Source: a virus
Reading direction: 5' to 3' (one strand)
DNA length: 64,000 nt
IMG/VR virus record: IMGVR_UViG_3300035698_005189
Span: 1-64,000 of that record
Each line of letters starts with the position of its first letter. Within the stretch, counting starts at the first letter, position 1. A model generated the notes under the pieces. That model made no database searches. It worked only from the letters and a program-made list of their open reading frames with translations, and had not been told where the DNA came from. Both the position numbers and the translations under genes were made by a program. Below are positions 45,547-56,396 of the stretch, in pieces.

Positions 45547-46158
45547 CTACCAGAATACGAGGCGGCCGGGCGGGCTGATCCAGGAGGCGCTGACCTCACC
45601 CGGGTACGGGAGCAGCAGTCGCGCTGCGTGAACAAGGTCCAGTCGGTGGCGGTGCCTGAGTTCCTCTGGGTGGTAGCAGAGCACGGGGCTCTCGCCTACA
45701 ACCGCAGACCGGCTTTCGCTCACGTAGAGGTGCTGGACCTGTGCGGGGTCCTGGCCAATATCGCGCTGGGTGGTCCGGGCGGTGGAGTGAGCGATCAGGG
45801 TAGTGTCGGCGTCAATTCGGGCGGCGGCGAAGTTGGCAGCGCACGTCAACGGAGCGAAGGTCTCACATACGAGCACCGTGAGGCCACGGCGAAGGCACCG
45901 GACCCCCATCTCCCAGGCCGTCCGACCGGCCATACAGGCAGCGAAGGGTAGCTTGCCAAGGTCGCCTTCCTGCGGGGAGGCACCAATCGGCCAGTCTGTG
46001 CGAATACCGATAGGCCCAGGGCAGCGATACCGGTTGGCCTCACGCCAAATCTCCTGCACAAGGTCGCCCTCGTCGGTCACCTCGTGCTGGCGGGCGCACA
46101 GGCGCGGGCCCATGGCAGCGACGTTGGCCCGGTGGCGGTCGATCTTGCGCCAGATCAT
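45547..46158 (-). CDS. Hypothetical protein
   Basis: Tiling with an ATGA overlap. Confidence 0.5.
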   Translation of the reverse strand: MIWRKIDRHRANVAAMGPRLCARQHEVTDEGDLVQEIWREANRYRCPGPIGIRTDWPIGASPQEGDLGKLPFAACMAGRTAWEMGVRCLRRGLTVLVCETFAPLTCAANFAAARIDADTTLIAHSTARTTQRDIGQDPAQVQHLYVSESRSAVVGESPVLCYHPEELRHRHRLDLVHAARLLLPYPGEVSASWISPPGRLVFW

Positions 46159-46862
46159 GGCTTCTTCGGGTTGACGTACTCGTCTACCTGGAGCCACATT
46201 CCCTCCTGGGCCGTGTCGACAGGCGGAGAATCGACAGGCTTTGTATCGTCGTAGAGCTTGTCCGTGAGGTCCTTAGCAAAGGCCGCCGATGGCTCTTCGT
46301 GCTTGCAGCCCGGGTACAGGCACTCATCCCCATACGGGTAGGCGGAGCACATCGATGGGCGGTCATCGTAGATGGTGCAGAGGCTACCGTCGTGGTGGCG
46401 ACAGGTGTACCAGTGCCGATGGGGGGCCGCAGCCTTCCCGTCGGACTGGACGTCCGACCACTCGAGGTAGATGACCATCTCAGCGATCTGGTGGATGTCC
46501 CGCCGTGGCCGGAAGGGGTGGTCGATGCCGGCTACACTCGTCCAGGTGTCGGGGTAGTCCGTGCCATCGCCATGGGCTGCAGCGAAGGCAGCCAGGTCGT
46601 CGGGGCTGAGTTCGAGGTTGAACCGCTTGCAGCAGGCACCGTTGCAGCCACCCGTAGGCGACGGCGCGGGTGTGGCCTCCGGGACCAGCTGGATGAGGCC
46701 AAGGGGGTCGTCTGGGTCGAGCTTGGCCAGCCCGGCTGTCGTGTCCGGGTCGGTGCAGACGACCATGGCTTCGCCGGCCATCACAGCTCGGCTGTCCTCG
46801 TCGTTCAGAACCACCGTGTCGCCCTCAACACCTTCAAACGATACTTCGATGGTGCGGGTCAT
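46155..46862 (-). CDS. YkgJ-family cysteine cluster (CxxxCC) protein
   Basis: 'CNGACC...CRHHDGSLCTIYDDRPSMCSAYP'. Confidence 0.8.
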   Translation of the reverse strand: MTRTIEVSFEGVEGDTVVLNDEDSRAVMAGEAMVVCTDPDTTAGLAKLDPDDPLGLIQLVPEATPAPSPTGGCNGACCKRFNLELSPDDLAAFAAAHGDGTDYPDTWTSVAGIDHPFRPRRDIHQIAEMVIYLEWSDVQSDGKAAAPHRHWYTCRHHDGSLCTIYDDRPSMCSAYPYGDECLYPGCKHEEPSAAFAKDLTDKLYDDTKPVDSPPVDTAQEGMWLQVDEYVNPKKP

Positions 46863-47206
46863 TCGCCGACCCTCTGGGCGGAGTACTCGGGGACAGACCG
46901 GCCTGCTACGGCGTACTCGATCCAGGGACCTTCCTCGTCGTCTTCGGACAGCTTCCGGAGTCGGATGTGGGCGTCGCTGCCGCCTACGATGTCGTAGTCC
47001 CCTTGGGCGTCCTCTTCCTCAGCCCACCGTTCGGCGACTGCAGACGGGTCGCTCCCGTGGACCGTAGTACAGTCCTCCCACTCGGGATCGGGGGTGGGCT
47101 TACGATCTGGGTCGTAGTTCCAGTCGCGCTGGATCTCCCAGACGATACAGGGGCAGGCAGTGAGGCCCTTGTACTGGCCACAGCGACCGCAGAAATTGTC
47201 ACTCAT
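46859..47206 (-). CDS. Hypothetical protein
   Basis: Tiling, RBS. Confidence 0.55.
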   Translation of the reverse strand: MSDNFCGRCGQYKGLTACPCIVWEIQRDWNYDPDRKPTPDPEWEDCTTVHGSDPSAVAERWAEEEDAQGDYDIVGGSDAHIRLRKLSEDDEEGPWIEYAVAGRSVPEYSAQRVGE

Positions 47207-47417
47207 GGAGCACTCCTAATAGCGAGTGGTGCGTGTCTTACTGCGTGGACGTAGATGGCAGCCACCCAGACGACCCCGGACTTATTGGGGATGGCCGGGG
47301 CGTTGAGGTCAGGCACGACCACGAACGAGCAACCAAAGGCGAACCCACCGCCACCCAGCCAGCCGTACCAGGCCTCTTGGTCCGATACGCCGCGCGAGAT
47401 CTTGACCCGGATTCGCA

Positions 47418-47987
47418 TTAGATGCGGGCCTGGCGGCGGACGCAAGGGACACCAGCCTTCTTGACGAGGTCGAGGACTTCGTCGGGTGTTTCGTGGACCC
47501 GCCAGACGTGGTCGTCAACGGGGTACGCCTCTCGGAACAAGTCGTTGTCTCCGGGTTCGGCTACCTGTAGCCAGCGCGGTCCCTGCCAGACGAAGGTGGA
47601 GCCGTGGTGGAGGTCGTCGTGCTCAGCCTTGGCGGAGGCGATGACGTCCTCCATGAGGGCATCCCACGCAGTCTGCTCGGACTCGAGGCAGTCGTGGGCG
47701 TAGGCCCGGACGGCAGCCTCGTGCGCCCTATGGGAGTTGGCTATGGCGTCGTATTCGTCCCGCGTGACCGTCTGCTCAGGGGAGCGGCTCAGACGGTCGT
47801 CTGGGACTTCGGTATTAGCCCGATCAAAGTGCTTCGCGCTGGGGTGAGTCGGTCGTACCCCGTGCTTCGGGTGCTTGATCGGCACCACGAACCGGACTGG
47901 GTCGGCCGGCTCGAAGGAGATCGTGCCCGCCTGGACATGGAAGGCGACAGGACCTGTGCGCGGGCCTCGGTGGAGTTCGATCAGCAT
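47418..47987 (-). CDS. Hypothetical protein
   Basis: Tiling. Confidence 0.55.
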   Translation of the reverse strand: MLIELHRGPRTGPVAFHVQAGTISFEPADPVRFVVPIKHPKHGVRPTHPSAKHFDRANTEVPDDRLSRSPEQTVTRDEYDAIANSHRAHEAAVRAYAHDCLESEQTAWDALMEDVIASAKAEHDDLHHGSTFVWQGPRWLQVAEPGDNDLFREAYPVDDHVWRVHETPDEVLDLVKKAGVPCVRRQARI

Positions 47988-48050
47988 GACAGCCTTGGGG
48001 TCGGGGTCGGGCCCCCTGATCGTCGCCCCTCCCGACCCCGGTCCTGTCGC

Positions 48051-48791
48051 CTACAGTGCGTTGGCTCGCGCCTCGAGACGTTCCCTCGTGATGGGCCCGA
48101 CGATACCGTCTACCTGCAGTCCCTCGTGTCTCTGGAAGGCTTGGACGTTCGCATAGCCGAGGGCGGTGAGGGCAGCCGTCACCTGGGCCTGGGTGACCAG
48201 GGCGACGCCGATCTCACGGTGAGAGTCGGCTGCCTCGACCATGGCGCGGAGGGTGTCGCCTGGGCAGGCGGGCTTGCCGAGGGCGTAGTGGCCGGTGTAC
48301 TCGAACTCCGGGCCCCACAGCTCTCGCACAGCCAGGAACACAGAGGCGACGGCGCGCATCTGGGCTGCGGTGGGCTCCGAGGCGGGGTGGTTGTCGCTCG
48401 TGAAGTCACCGACGACGAGCACAGCCAGGAAGTCTGCGTTCTCATCCCCGGCCCGGGTGCGAGTGCCCTGGCTCCAGGTGGCTACGTCCAGGTCGTGGCA
48501 GAGGACGACCTGACCTTCGTCGGTGACAGCCAGGGTGTAGAGGATGCCGGGGGCTCCACCCCCGCTCGTGGGGACGTGGCACTCGTCGCTGACGTGGTAG
48601 TCAGCGATGGCCTGGACCCGACTGACTCCGCCGGACCGCCCTGCGCTGTGGTGCAGGCACAGGCCTGCGATGGCGTCGGGGGCGCGCTCTGCGAAGCGCC
48701 TGGTGGGATGAGTCGGGAAGCTGCCCCGACGATCGAGGACAGCGAGACCCTGACGGACCAGAGCCTCAGCGAGCTGGATGGTGGTGGGCAT
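48051..48791 (-). CDS. Endolysin: N-acetylmuramoyl-L-alanine amidase (Amidase_2) + peptidoglycan-binding domain
   Basis: 'LCLHHSAG', 'TGHY...ACPG', 'AFQRHEGLQVDGIVGPIT'; GGAGG RBS before the ATG at 48791. Confidence 0.88.
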   Translation of the reverse strand: MPTTIQLAEALVRQGLAVLDRRGSFPTHPTRRFAERAPDAIAGLCLHHSAGRSGGVSRVQAIADYHVSDECHVPTSGGGAPGILYTLAVTDEGQVVLCHDLDVATWSQGTRTRAGDENADFLAVLVVGDFTSDNHPASEPTAAQMRAVASVFLAVRELWGPEFEYTGHYALGKPACPGDTLRAMVEAADSHREIGVALVTQAQVTAALTALGYANVQAFQRHEGLQVDGIVGPITRERLEARANAL

Positions 48792-49016
48792 GGGGAGCCT
48801 CCTGTCTGGGGTTCGGTCGTAGGTTACCACGGCAGCCACCGATCGTGCCAGTGGCCTGACGTACGAACGCCCCCTTCGAGGCAGGGGGCTAACGGCGTTC
48901 GTCGCCGACGCGATGCTGTGCGGTCTGTACATGCGGGAGCGTCTGCCCCCGGAGGGCCGACCAACCGGCTCCCAGGATTACTGGTCAGGGGTCGCGTGCC
49001 CCGTCAAGGATGGCCC

Positions 49017-49172
49017 TCAGTCGTAAAATGGGTCGTAGCTGCCGCCGACAAGGGCCTCTCGCTTGGCGGTGGCCTCGTGCTTCTGGGCGATCCGGGCCAG
49101 GGTCTCGGCGACTGCCTCGACACGATCGAGTTTCTCTTGTACTTCGCGGAGGCGATCGTGGTGGTCACTCAT
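49017..49172 (-). CDS. Small coiled-coil protein (51 aa, not in track)
   Basis: MSDHHDRLREVQEKLDRVEAVAETLARIAQKHE... Confidence 0.45.
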   Translation of the reverse strand: MSDHHDRLREVQEKLDRVEAVAETLARIAQKHEATAKREALVGGSYDPFYD

Positions 49173-51578
49173 CGGGGTTGTCCTTGGACTCGAATAGGCT
49201 GAAGAGGTTGAGGGCGATGATCAGGATGACGAGGACAGTCTTCATCGCTCGGTCCCTCACAGGGCCCACGCGGTAAACATGCGTCGCTCGCGTGGAGTCA
49301 GGGTGAGGGCCTTGCGCTCCGCGTGGGAGGGGTGGTAGGCGTCGAAGTCGGTCACCGACCTGTCGAGGGCCTCCCGGCAGGCGCGGGCTGCGTGGGCCGC
49401 CGCGATACGGACCTCCGCCTCACGGAGGGCGCGGTTGGTGGCTTCGTCGGCGAACACGGCCTCATCGACATGCTCAGCCAGCACCTTGTCGGGGTCGGCC
49501 TTGGGCTTGGGCCGGCGGATGCCACAGCGCTGCGCGTAGGCCTGTCGCTTGCGAATGGGTGCCAGGGCTGCCTCACGGCGGGCCTTGGAGCGACGTCGGC
49601 TGGTCTTACCCACGAGGCACCGCCGGGGCGGGGTACTCGCCCAGCTTCAGCGACACAGCCCAGAGGATGTACTCCCCGCGCAGTGGGATGCCCTTCGCCG
49701 ACTTCTCCCCGGTGAGGGCGCGGCGGTTGCCGACCAGCCAGTACTCGAAGCGATCACGGTAGACAGCGACGTCTACCGACCCCATCTCGCTTTCGAGTTG
49801 GGCCGGACCCACGAGCGTCCCCAGTGGGAGGCTGTTCATGTCGGCTACGGTCTTACGAGTGTTTACGGCGCGGCGCTCGTCGACTCCACGCCTGAAGGGA
49901 CCCATCCGCATTTCTACGACGCGGCCATCGTGGCGACCCCAGACTTCCTTCGTGGGGCTGGAGAGCTGGGTGTCCATGGTGGGGCGTCGCACTGGTGCAG
50001 GGGGAGGTGCGGAACGGGCGGGCGGGGGCGGGGGAGGTGGATGGTTCACGATTCGTCCTATACGGTGAGGGAGAGGCCCTTACGACGAAGGAGGCCGAGG
50101 CGGGCGTTGCAGGCTGCGCGACCGCACCCAGGGACTCCGATCAGGCCACCATCGGCAGGCGGGTCGCAAGGGAGGGTCTGCTGTGGCGGCCCCTCGAGGA
50201 TGACGTCTTCGGCGGCGGTCCACCGGGCACGAGGGGCGGGGACCGGCACACCAGCGAGGGCGGCATCCATGGCGCACACGATAGACGCCGTCTCGGTAAC
50301 GAGGTCAGCAAAGTCGGCCTCGGTCTTCACCGTCCAAATTTGCTTGACCGTGGTGGAGAGGCCGCGCACCTTCACGGTCATGGACACCGAGTCGCCATTG
50401 ATGGACCGGACTCCGTCGACCCCCACGACGTACCAGCCCCAGGGGAGGCGCTTGACGATCTGGCTCGAGGCCCGGCTCGCCAGGTCAGCGACGGCGTGGC
50501 GGTAGCGTCGGCCCGTGTCCTGGTTGGAGTACTCGGCCTCCCTGAGCTGCCGACGGAGGTCAGCGACATTCGGGGACTGCGGGGACTGCTGCGGGGCACT
50601 GATGAGGGCCAGGGCGGCGACGAGGCTGAGCATGGTTTCTCCGTGCTGGCCTGAGTAGTCGCCCGGAGCCCCGTGCGTCCTGTCGTCTACTCGAACCACT
50701 TGAGCGCCAGGGACTCTTCGCTGAGCTGTGAGCACACCAGGCACAGCCGATGGCCGTCTCCCCAGCAGTCGCCGTGGCCAGCGACCCCGGCCTCGTACCG
50801 GGAGCACTCGTCCTCAGCCGTGGGATTGGCGACGTGGTGCTCTCGCCCGGGCTTTCCTGGGGGCGGCTCCACGCGTGCCTTGGCCTTGGCGACGAGATCG
50901 GTCGCCCGGGCGCGGATACGGTCACGCAGACCCACTACACCCTCGCCTTGCGGTAGCCCGCGTCGTCATCCCATGCGGCTCCGATGGGTGTGCCTTCGCC
51001 TTCCTGTGCAGCGTCGTACGCGGCGAAGATCTTGGCGGCAGCCTTCTCGACAGAGACCTCCGTGATTGCCTGGTGTTGGGTGACGTAGCAGCATTTACCG
51101 TCGACGCGTCGTGTCACCGTGTATATCGCTGCCACAGGGCCGAACGAAGCCGAGTAGGCGTGGTCAACACCGATCCAGACCTGACCACGAGGCGGGGTGT
51201 CCCCGTAGCCGGTCCCGAGTGTCGGGTCGGGCCCGGGCTCACCCATAGCTGGGACGATGTCGGGGGTAGTCTCCATCATCCGTCGGATGTCTTCGGGGTC
51301 GAAGAAAGGACCTTGGTCAGCCAGCTCATGAGCGACTCCCCGGCAGTGCGAGCTTCATGCGGAGGATATGGGCCTGAGCCAGCAGGTCACCAAGCTCCAG
51401 CATGACGACGGGATTGGCCCGGTTGGGGATCGTGCCGCCGCCGGGCAGGGTGTGGCTGTAGATGCTGGCTCGCTTGGCCTTTGACAGCTGGCCGTCCCGT
51501 GCGATCTGGGCAAGGGCCTCGGCGCGGAGTGTCTCGGTCGGGACTGCTGACAGGTCATGTCTGCGATAGGAGTCATGG

Positions 51579-52769
51579 TCACCTCACGCTACCATCGTCG
51601 CGCTCCCAAGACCGCTTGCGGGCCGACTCGAACCTCTGTCGCACGAGCGCCATGAGGTCCAGACCTTCCGCCTCTGCCATCCCCAGCAGGACGATTGCTA
51701 CGTCGGCCAGTTCGTCGGGCAGGTGCCCACGGGTGGACGGGCGGATATCCTGGTCGGTCTTGAGCACCACACGAGCAACCTCGCCGCACTCCTCGGCCAG
51801 GCACAACGCCTGCTGCAGCCTGGTCGGCTTGCCGAAGGTGGTGTCGCGCCACATCATGATCTCATGCTGGAGGGATACATTGTCGCTGACTGGGGGAGTT
51901 GGTACGAGCGTAGTCTCAGCCACCACAGCGATACAGCCATCCGGTATCTCTACAACCGGGATCTGCGGCGGAGCGACCACGACTACGCAGCCTCCGCTGT
52001 CCCCAGCGACCTCCCTCGGGGCGGGGCGGTGAGCGACAGGCCGGTTGAGCCAGACGACTTCGACCTTGTCGGGCGGGGGCCCGGGCTTCTCTCCGATACC
52101 AGCCGCCAGCCGCATCTTGTGCCACACCGGCCAGTCGACCTTGATCCGGGTGATACCAGACCGCAGCCCGCGCCGGACGATACCGCAGGCACCGGCCTCT
52201 TCGGCCACGACACGCCGGATGGTGCTGTCTCCGATACCGAATCGCTCCCGCAGGGCTACACGGCTTCCGGCGGTCAGAGCAGCGGGGTCGCGCAGGAGCA
52301 CGGCACGCACTCGGCCCCGGGCTGCCTTGGTGGCGGGGGCCTCCCCTCGGGTGCCTCTGGGCTTCCCGCGCTTGGGGGTGGCGCGTGGGGCAGGCTTGGC
52401 CTTCCGGGCGGCCTTGGGCTTTACAGGAGCCTCCTGCTTTGCCTTCTTGGCGCGTGGGGCGCGTGGCTGGACGGGTGGAGCCCGCTTGGGACCGACCAGG
52501 ACCCGCTCACAGGCGGCGTTGAAGCGACCGACGTCATACGACAGCACCTCGACTGGGACGTAGGCCTTCTTGGCTGCCTGGCTCCAGCGCTCCATCGTGG
52601 TCTGTGGGAGGTCGGGCGAGATCAAGACAGCCCGTAGTCCCTTGGTGACACCGACTGGAGCCATGCGGCCACGGATCAAGTCGGGCTTGACCTGTCGCTC
52701 AGCCAGCTTCGGCATCCACTCCCAGGGGACGTGGGAAACAAGCAGGACACGGGTCGGCTGGGCGCTCAT
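51579..52769 (-). CDS. Protein with C-terminal MazG-like nucleotide pyrophosphohydrolase domain
   Basis: 'LAEECGEVAR...DELADVAIVL'. Confidence 0.8.
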   Translation of the reverse strand: MSAQPTRVLLVSHVPWEWMPKLAERQVKPDLIRGRMAPVGVTKGLRAVLISPDLPQTTMERWSQAAKKAYVPVEVLSYDVGRFNAACERVLVGPKRAPPVQPRAPRAKKAKQEAPVKPKAARKAKPAPRATPKRGKPRGTRGEAPATKAARGRVRAVLLRDPAALTAGSRVALRERFGIGDSTIRRVVAEEAGACGIVRRGLRSGITRIKVDWPVWHKMRLAAGIGEKPGPPPDKVEVVWLNRPVAHRPAPREVAGDSGGCVVVVAPPQIPVVEIPDGCIAVVAETTLVPTPPVSDNVSLQHEIMMWRDTTFGKPTRLQQALCLAEECGEVARVVLKTDQDIRPSTRGHLPDELADVAIVLLGMAEAEGLDLMALVRQRFESARKRSWERDDGSVR

Positions 52770-53275
52770 CGCTGCCTCCGGAGGGCGCGACGGAGTCGGG
52801 TCATCCCACGGGCGATGGTTTGGTGTAGGGCGAGCCGAGCCTCGAGGTCGGCTACGCGGGTCCGGCAGGCATACTCGGACACGACCAGCCGCGGGACAGC
52901 CGCCTCGGCCACCTTGGCTCGTGCGACTGCCGTGTCTACAATAGTTTCGGCGGCATCGAACCGGGTTGCGTCTTGCGCCTCCAATGCCGCGATATCAGCC
53001 ACGAACCTATCCGAAGCGGCTCGGCTTTCAGCAAGCTCGGTCGTCAGCTCCTCCACCAGAAGCGCAGCCTCGGTAGCCCGCATGTTGGCAGCGACCCGCA
53101 ACCGCTCGAGGGACTGGAGGCAACCATCGTCCGGGTCCGGTGCGCCGGCTTTGACGAACCAGACGACTGCGGTGTCGGTGAAGCCGACAGCGTCACTCAG
53201 TCGCCCGGCGGTGGCAGCGGTCAGCGCTGACTGCAGGAAGCCGATGGCCTCCCGGATGGGCTCGTCTGCTGCCAT
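52766..53275 (-). CDS. Coiled-coil hypothetical protein
   Basis: Tiling, RBS. Confidence 0.55.
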   Translation of the reverse strand: MAADEPIREAIGFLQSALTAATAGRLSDAVGFTDTAVVWFVKAGAPDPDDGCLQSLERLRVAANMRATEAALLVEELTTELAESRAASDRFVADIAALEAQDATRFDAAETIVDTAVARAKVAEAAVPRLVVSEYACRTRVADLEARLALHQTIARGMTRLRRALRRQR

Positions 53276-53283
53276 ATCGGCTC

Positions 53284-53725
53284 CTACTGGCCGTAGCCGG
53301 TGTCGGGCTGGCCGTGGGGGTAGAGGTCGGGCTCGAGGCCCATAGGTGCTGCGTCGCCGCTGGCGGGCCCGGTGTCCTCGGGGACGTGGGGCGGTGGCTC
53401 GTGGAGAGGGCCGCCGATGATGAGAGGCACCGGACCCGTGCGGACGGGCGCACCACCGACCGGAGCGATGGGCTGGTCTGCGAGGGTACGGGGCTCCACG
53501 AGGTCTTCGAGTTCAGGCAGGACACCTGCGTCGCCCAGGCTGGTCACGAACGAAGCGATGGCCTGGCCAGGTGTGGTCTGTCCACCGACGCCACCGACAC
53601 CGGTTCCGATCAGGAAGGTGATGAGCAGCTGAATGAGCCGCATCCACCAGTCGCGCTTGGCGCGTCGGTCGGCGTACTCCAGCCGGGCGATGTCGAGGTC
53701 TTCGTGGTCGTGGGTCTTGGTCATG
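53284..53725 (-). CDS. Membrane-anchored hypothetical protein
   Basis: MTKTHD... with TM 'LIQLLITFLIGTGVGGVG'. Confidence 0.5.
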
Positions 53726-53788
53726 CTGTCCTCCAGGGGCGGCAGGATCACTCCGCCGCCGTGGCTCATATGGCTCCAGACCATAGTA

Positions 53789-54277
53789 TCACGACCCCGA
53801 CGGTCGGGCCCCGACTGGGAGGTTGCTGGGGGCGGGAGCGACCGGCAGCTCTTCGAAGGGGCTCGGGCAGGGCGGGTTGGTATGGGCTGGGCCGGGAGGC
53901 GGGGCGAGCACAACCAGCTGGTTGTCGTCCCCGACCGTCCGGACCTCCCGCGTCCCGGTGAGTAGGGACGCGATGACCAGCAAGAGCGCACCTTCGATGT
54001 CGGCCGCCGTAGCGTGCGCGGTCGTGTCGGCCAAGCCGGACTCGAGCCTCTTCCAGCTCTCGGCCCCGATGCCGTCCAGGCCGACCATCTTCTCGATGAT
54101 TACGCCGTTGCCTCGGACGGAGGTACCTGTGACCACGCGGTAGCGGTCGTCGTCGCCGTAGGACCGCTCGACCGCGATCTCGAGGACTGCTTGGGGTCTG
54201 CGTAGGTCGCGCCCGTGGTATCGCTGGTTCGTAGCGAATCGGATGGTGGTAGGCGTACTTTGGGGGTGGCGAGGCAT
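53789..54277 (-). CDS. Hypothetical protein
   Basis: Tiling, RBS. Confidence 0.5.
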   Translation of the reverse strand: MPRHPQSTPTTIRFATNQRYHGRDLRRPQAVLEIAVERSYGDDDRYRVVTGTSVRGNGVIIEKMVGLDGIGAESWKRLESGLADTTAHATAADIEGALLLVIASLLTGTREVRTVGDDNQLVVLAPPPGPAHTNPPCPSPFEELPVAPAPSNLPVGARPSGS

Positions 54278-54286
54278 GTCGGCTCC

Positions 54287-54475
54287 CTACAGGCAGTCGC
54301 GGTCGGGACAGGGGATGGCGATCTGGGGGTCTTCGGTGATGTCCACGACCACATCATCCTCGATGAGGTCCCAGTGCGGGACGAAGCCGGTGTCGGCGGT
54401 GTCGGTCGTGGTGCCTGTGTCGGTGTCGCCGCAGGCGACCACGAGGGACAGGGTGAGGGCGATGATGCGGGTCAT
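54287..54475 (-). CDS. Small lipoprotein
   Basis: MTRIIALTLSLVVAC lipobox followed by GDTDTGTTTDTADTG. Confidence 0.7.
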   Translation of the reverse strand: MTRIIALTLSLVVACGDTDTGTTTDTADTGFVPHWDLIEDDVVVDITEDPQIAIPCPDRDCL

Positions 54476-56396
54476 GTCGGCTCCTGGGAAAAGGGCGATC
54501 GGTCCCGCACCCAAGGCGCACCATCAGGAGTCGTTTACCGACGCCGGGCGGGCGGGGGACCTCTCACACAGGGTCTGTCGCTTGTCGCCGTGGAGGTCTG
54601 CTCGCGCGTGAGGGGCTGCGGGGGACTCGCCCCAGACCCGCCCCCTCGTGCATCGCATTCCGATAACACGAGTCGCTGGCCTACGACCCCCTCCCAGTCA
54701 TCCCCTCAGAACGGGTCGCCATCGGGTCCCACTGGCGGGGCCAGCCATCGCTCGCCATTGCCCCCAGCCGACGCCGACTCCCGTCGGTCCTGCTCCAGCA
54801 GCCACCGACCCACTGGGGACGCCGCTGTAGCGAATCGCGTTAGGTCCACGACCCAACCCGATCGGAATGTGGCGCTCACGCGGCCACTCGGCAACGTCCT
54901 GCCGACTCGTACCCCAAAGGGGCACGCGGCTGGGCTGCACTCCAGGCGATCCAGTGCAGCACGAACACGGGGGGCGACCGAGTCCCACAGCCCGTCAGGG
55001 TCCCTGCCCTCATCATCCAGGTCCAGCATGAGCCTGACGTTGGATGAAGTGAGGGCCTGCATGGTTATCGCAGCCGCAGCTCGTGCTACGCCTGTCGTGC
55101 TCTGGGGTCTGCTGGGGGTACTCATCTGCGTGTCCTCGAGGGAAGGGGCGCGTATTTCGCGGACCACTACCGGGTATTTCCACATCGGTCGTTCGTATGG
55201 TGGGCCGCCGTGCTCGACGACGTCGGCGAATAGCCTGGCTTCCACGTCGTCACCCACCTCACAGGCCCCGGGCGGGATCGGGTCGGTGGGCCTGGCCAGG
55301 AACATGATGCCGGAGTAGTCGTCATACCACCAGCGAGGGCGCGGCCGAACGGCACCCATCGGCACAGCCCGGTCGTGCGACTCAAAACGCCTCACCCGTG
55401 CTCCGCCTGCCACTTCCAAAGGCGATCATATGCCTCGGTCACGGCTGGGCCGCACGGGATGGCCTTGTGGGTCGTGGCGGGGGCGTCGTCGAGTAACTTC
55501 GCGTCGCCGACCTTCTGGGTCGTCTGGAGGGCGGACCACAGCTGCCGGGCGACTACGACGCTGCGGCTGCCGTTGCCAGCCGATAGCGTGAGAACCCAGG
55601 TACCCGGCCGACCCGACTCGAACCAACCTGGACCGCAGACCAGGAAGGTCGCCTTGGTCCCCTGGTACCAGCGACCTGGGATCAGCACGACACCCTTGTA
55701 GGATGTGGGGTGCTTGGGGGTCCGGTACCTCATGCTGACATTCCTGCAAGGATATAGCGGAGGATGACTGCCTTCGCCGTCGCTATGTCGGTATCGCCTG
55801 TCTCGGCCAGTCGGTATCCGAGTCGGGCGTGGGTGATAGCCAAGGTGTCGCTGTCCCACGGGCGGCGGTGGTCTACACAGGCGACAGCCTTATGTAGGCG
55901 ACCAGCCCTGCCCTGCTGTGGGGCAGGGATGCTGCCTGAGTAGACCGCGTAGGCGGAGTCGGACACCAGCGCTGCTCGCACGACCTTCTCCAGTGCGGGG
56001 GTGAGGTGTGGTGGTGGTGCTACGGCTTTCGCCATGGGTGCCTCCAGTCGACTGTCGGGTTGCAGTACTTCGGCCAGTCGTCGTACATCGACTCGGTGCC
56101 GGGGCCGATCGTGGGTAGGTCCAGTCCAAACTTAGGCAGGGGACGTCGCAGGTTCCCGTCGAGCAGCGACAGGATGGTTGAGGCGACGACGTTGGTGGCG
56201 GCCAGCCTGCGCTCTTCCTCGGTGTCCCCGGGTGGCGGTTCGTCTACTGCGTAATGATGGGCGATCATGGCCACGAGACGAAGGAAGTCCTCCCGAGGCG
56301 TGACGACCTCCGGGAGGACTGGTAGGGTAGGCTTGGCGACCGGTAGGGGCGGCGGGCTTGGTGGGGCGGGCGCTGCCCATACCGGAGGCGGAGGAC

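Noticed and set aside
45261-45635. Track's N-terminal extension of the C5 methylase
   Set aside because: It overlaps two other genes; motif I begins right after the ATG at 45260
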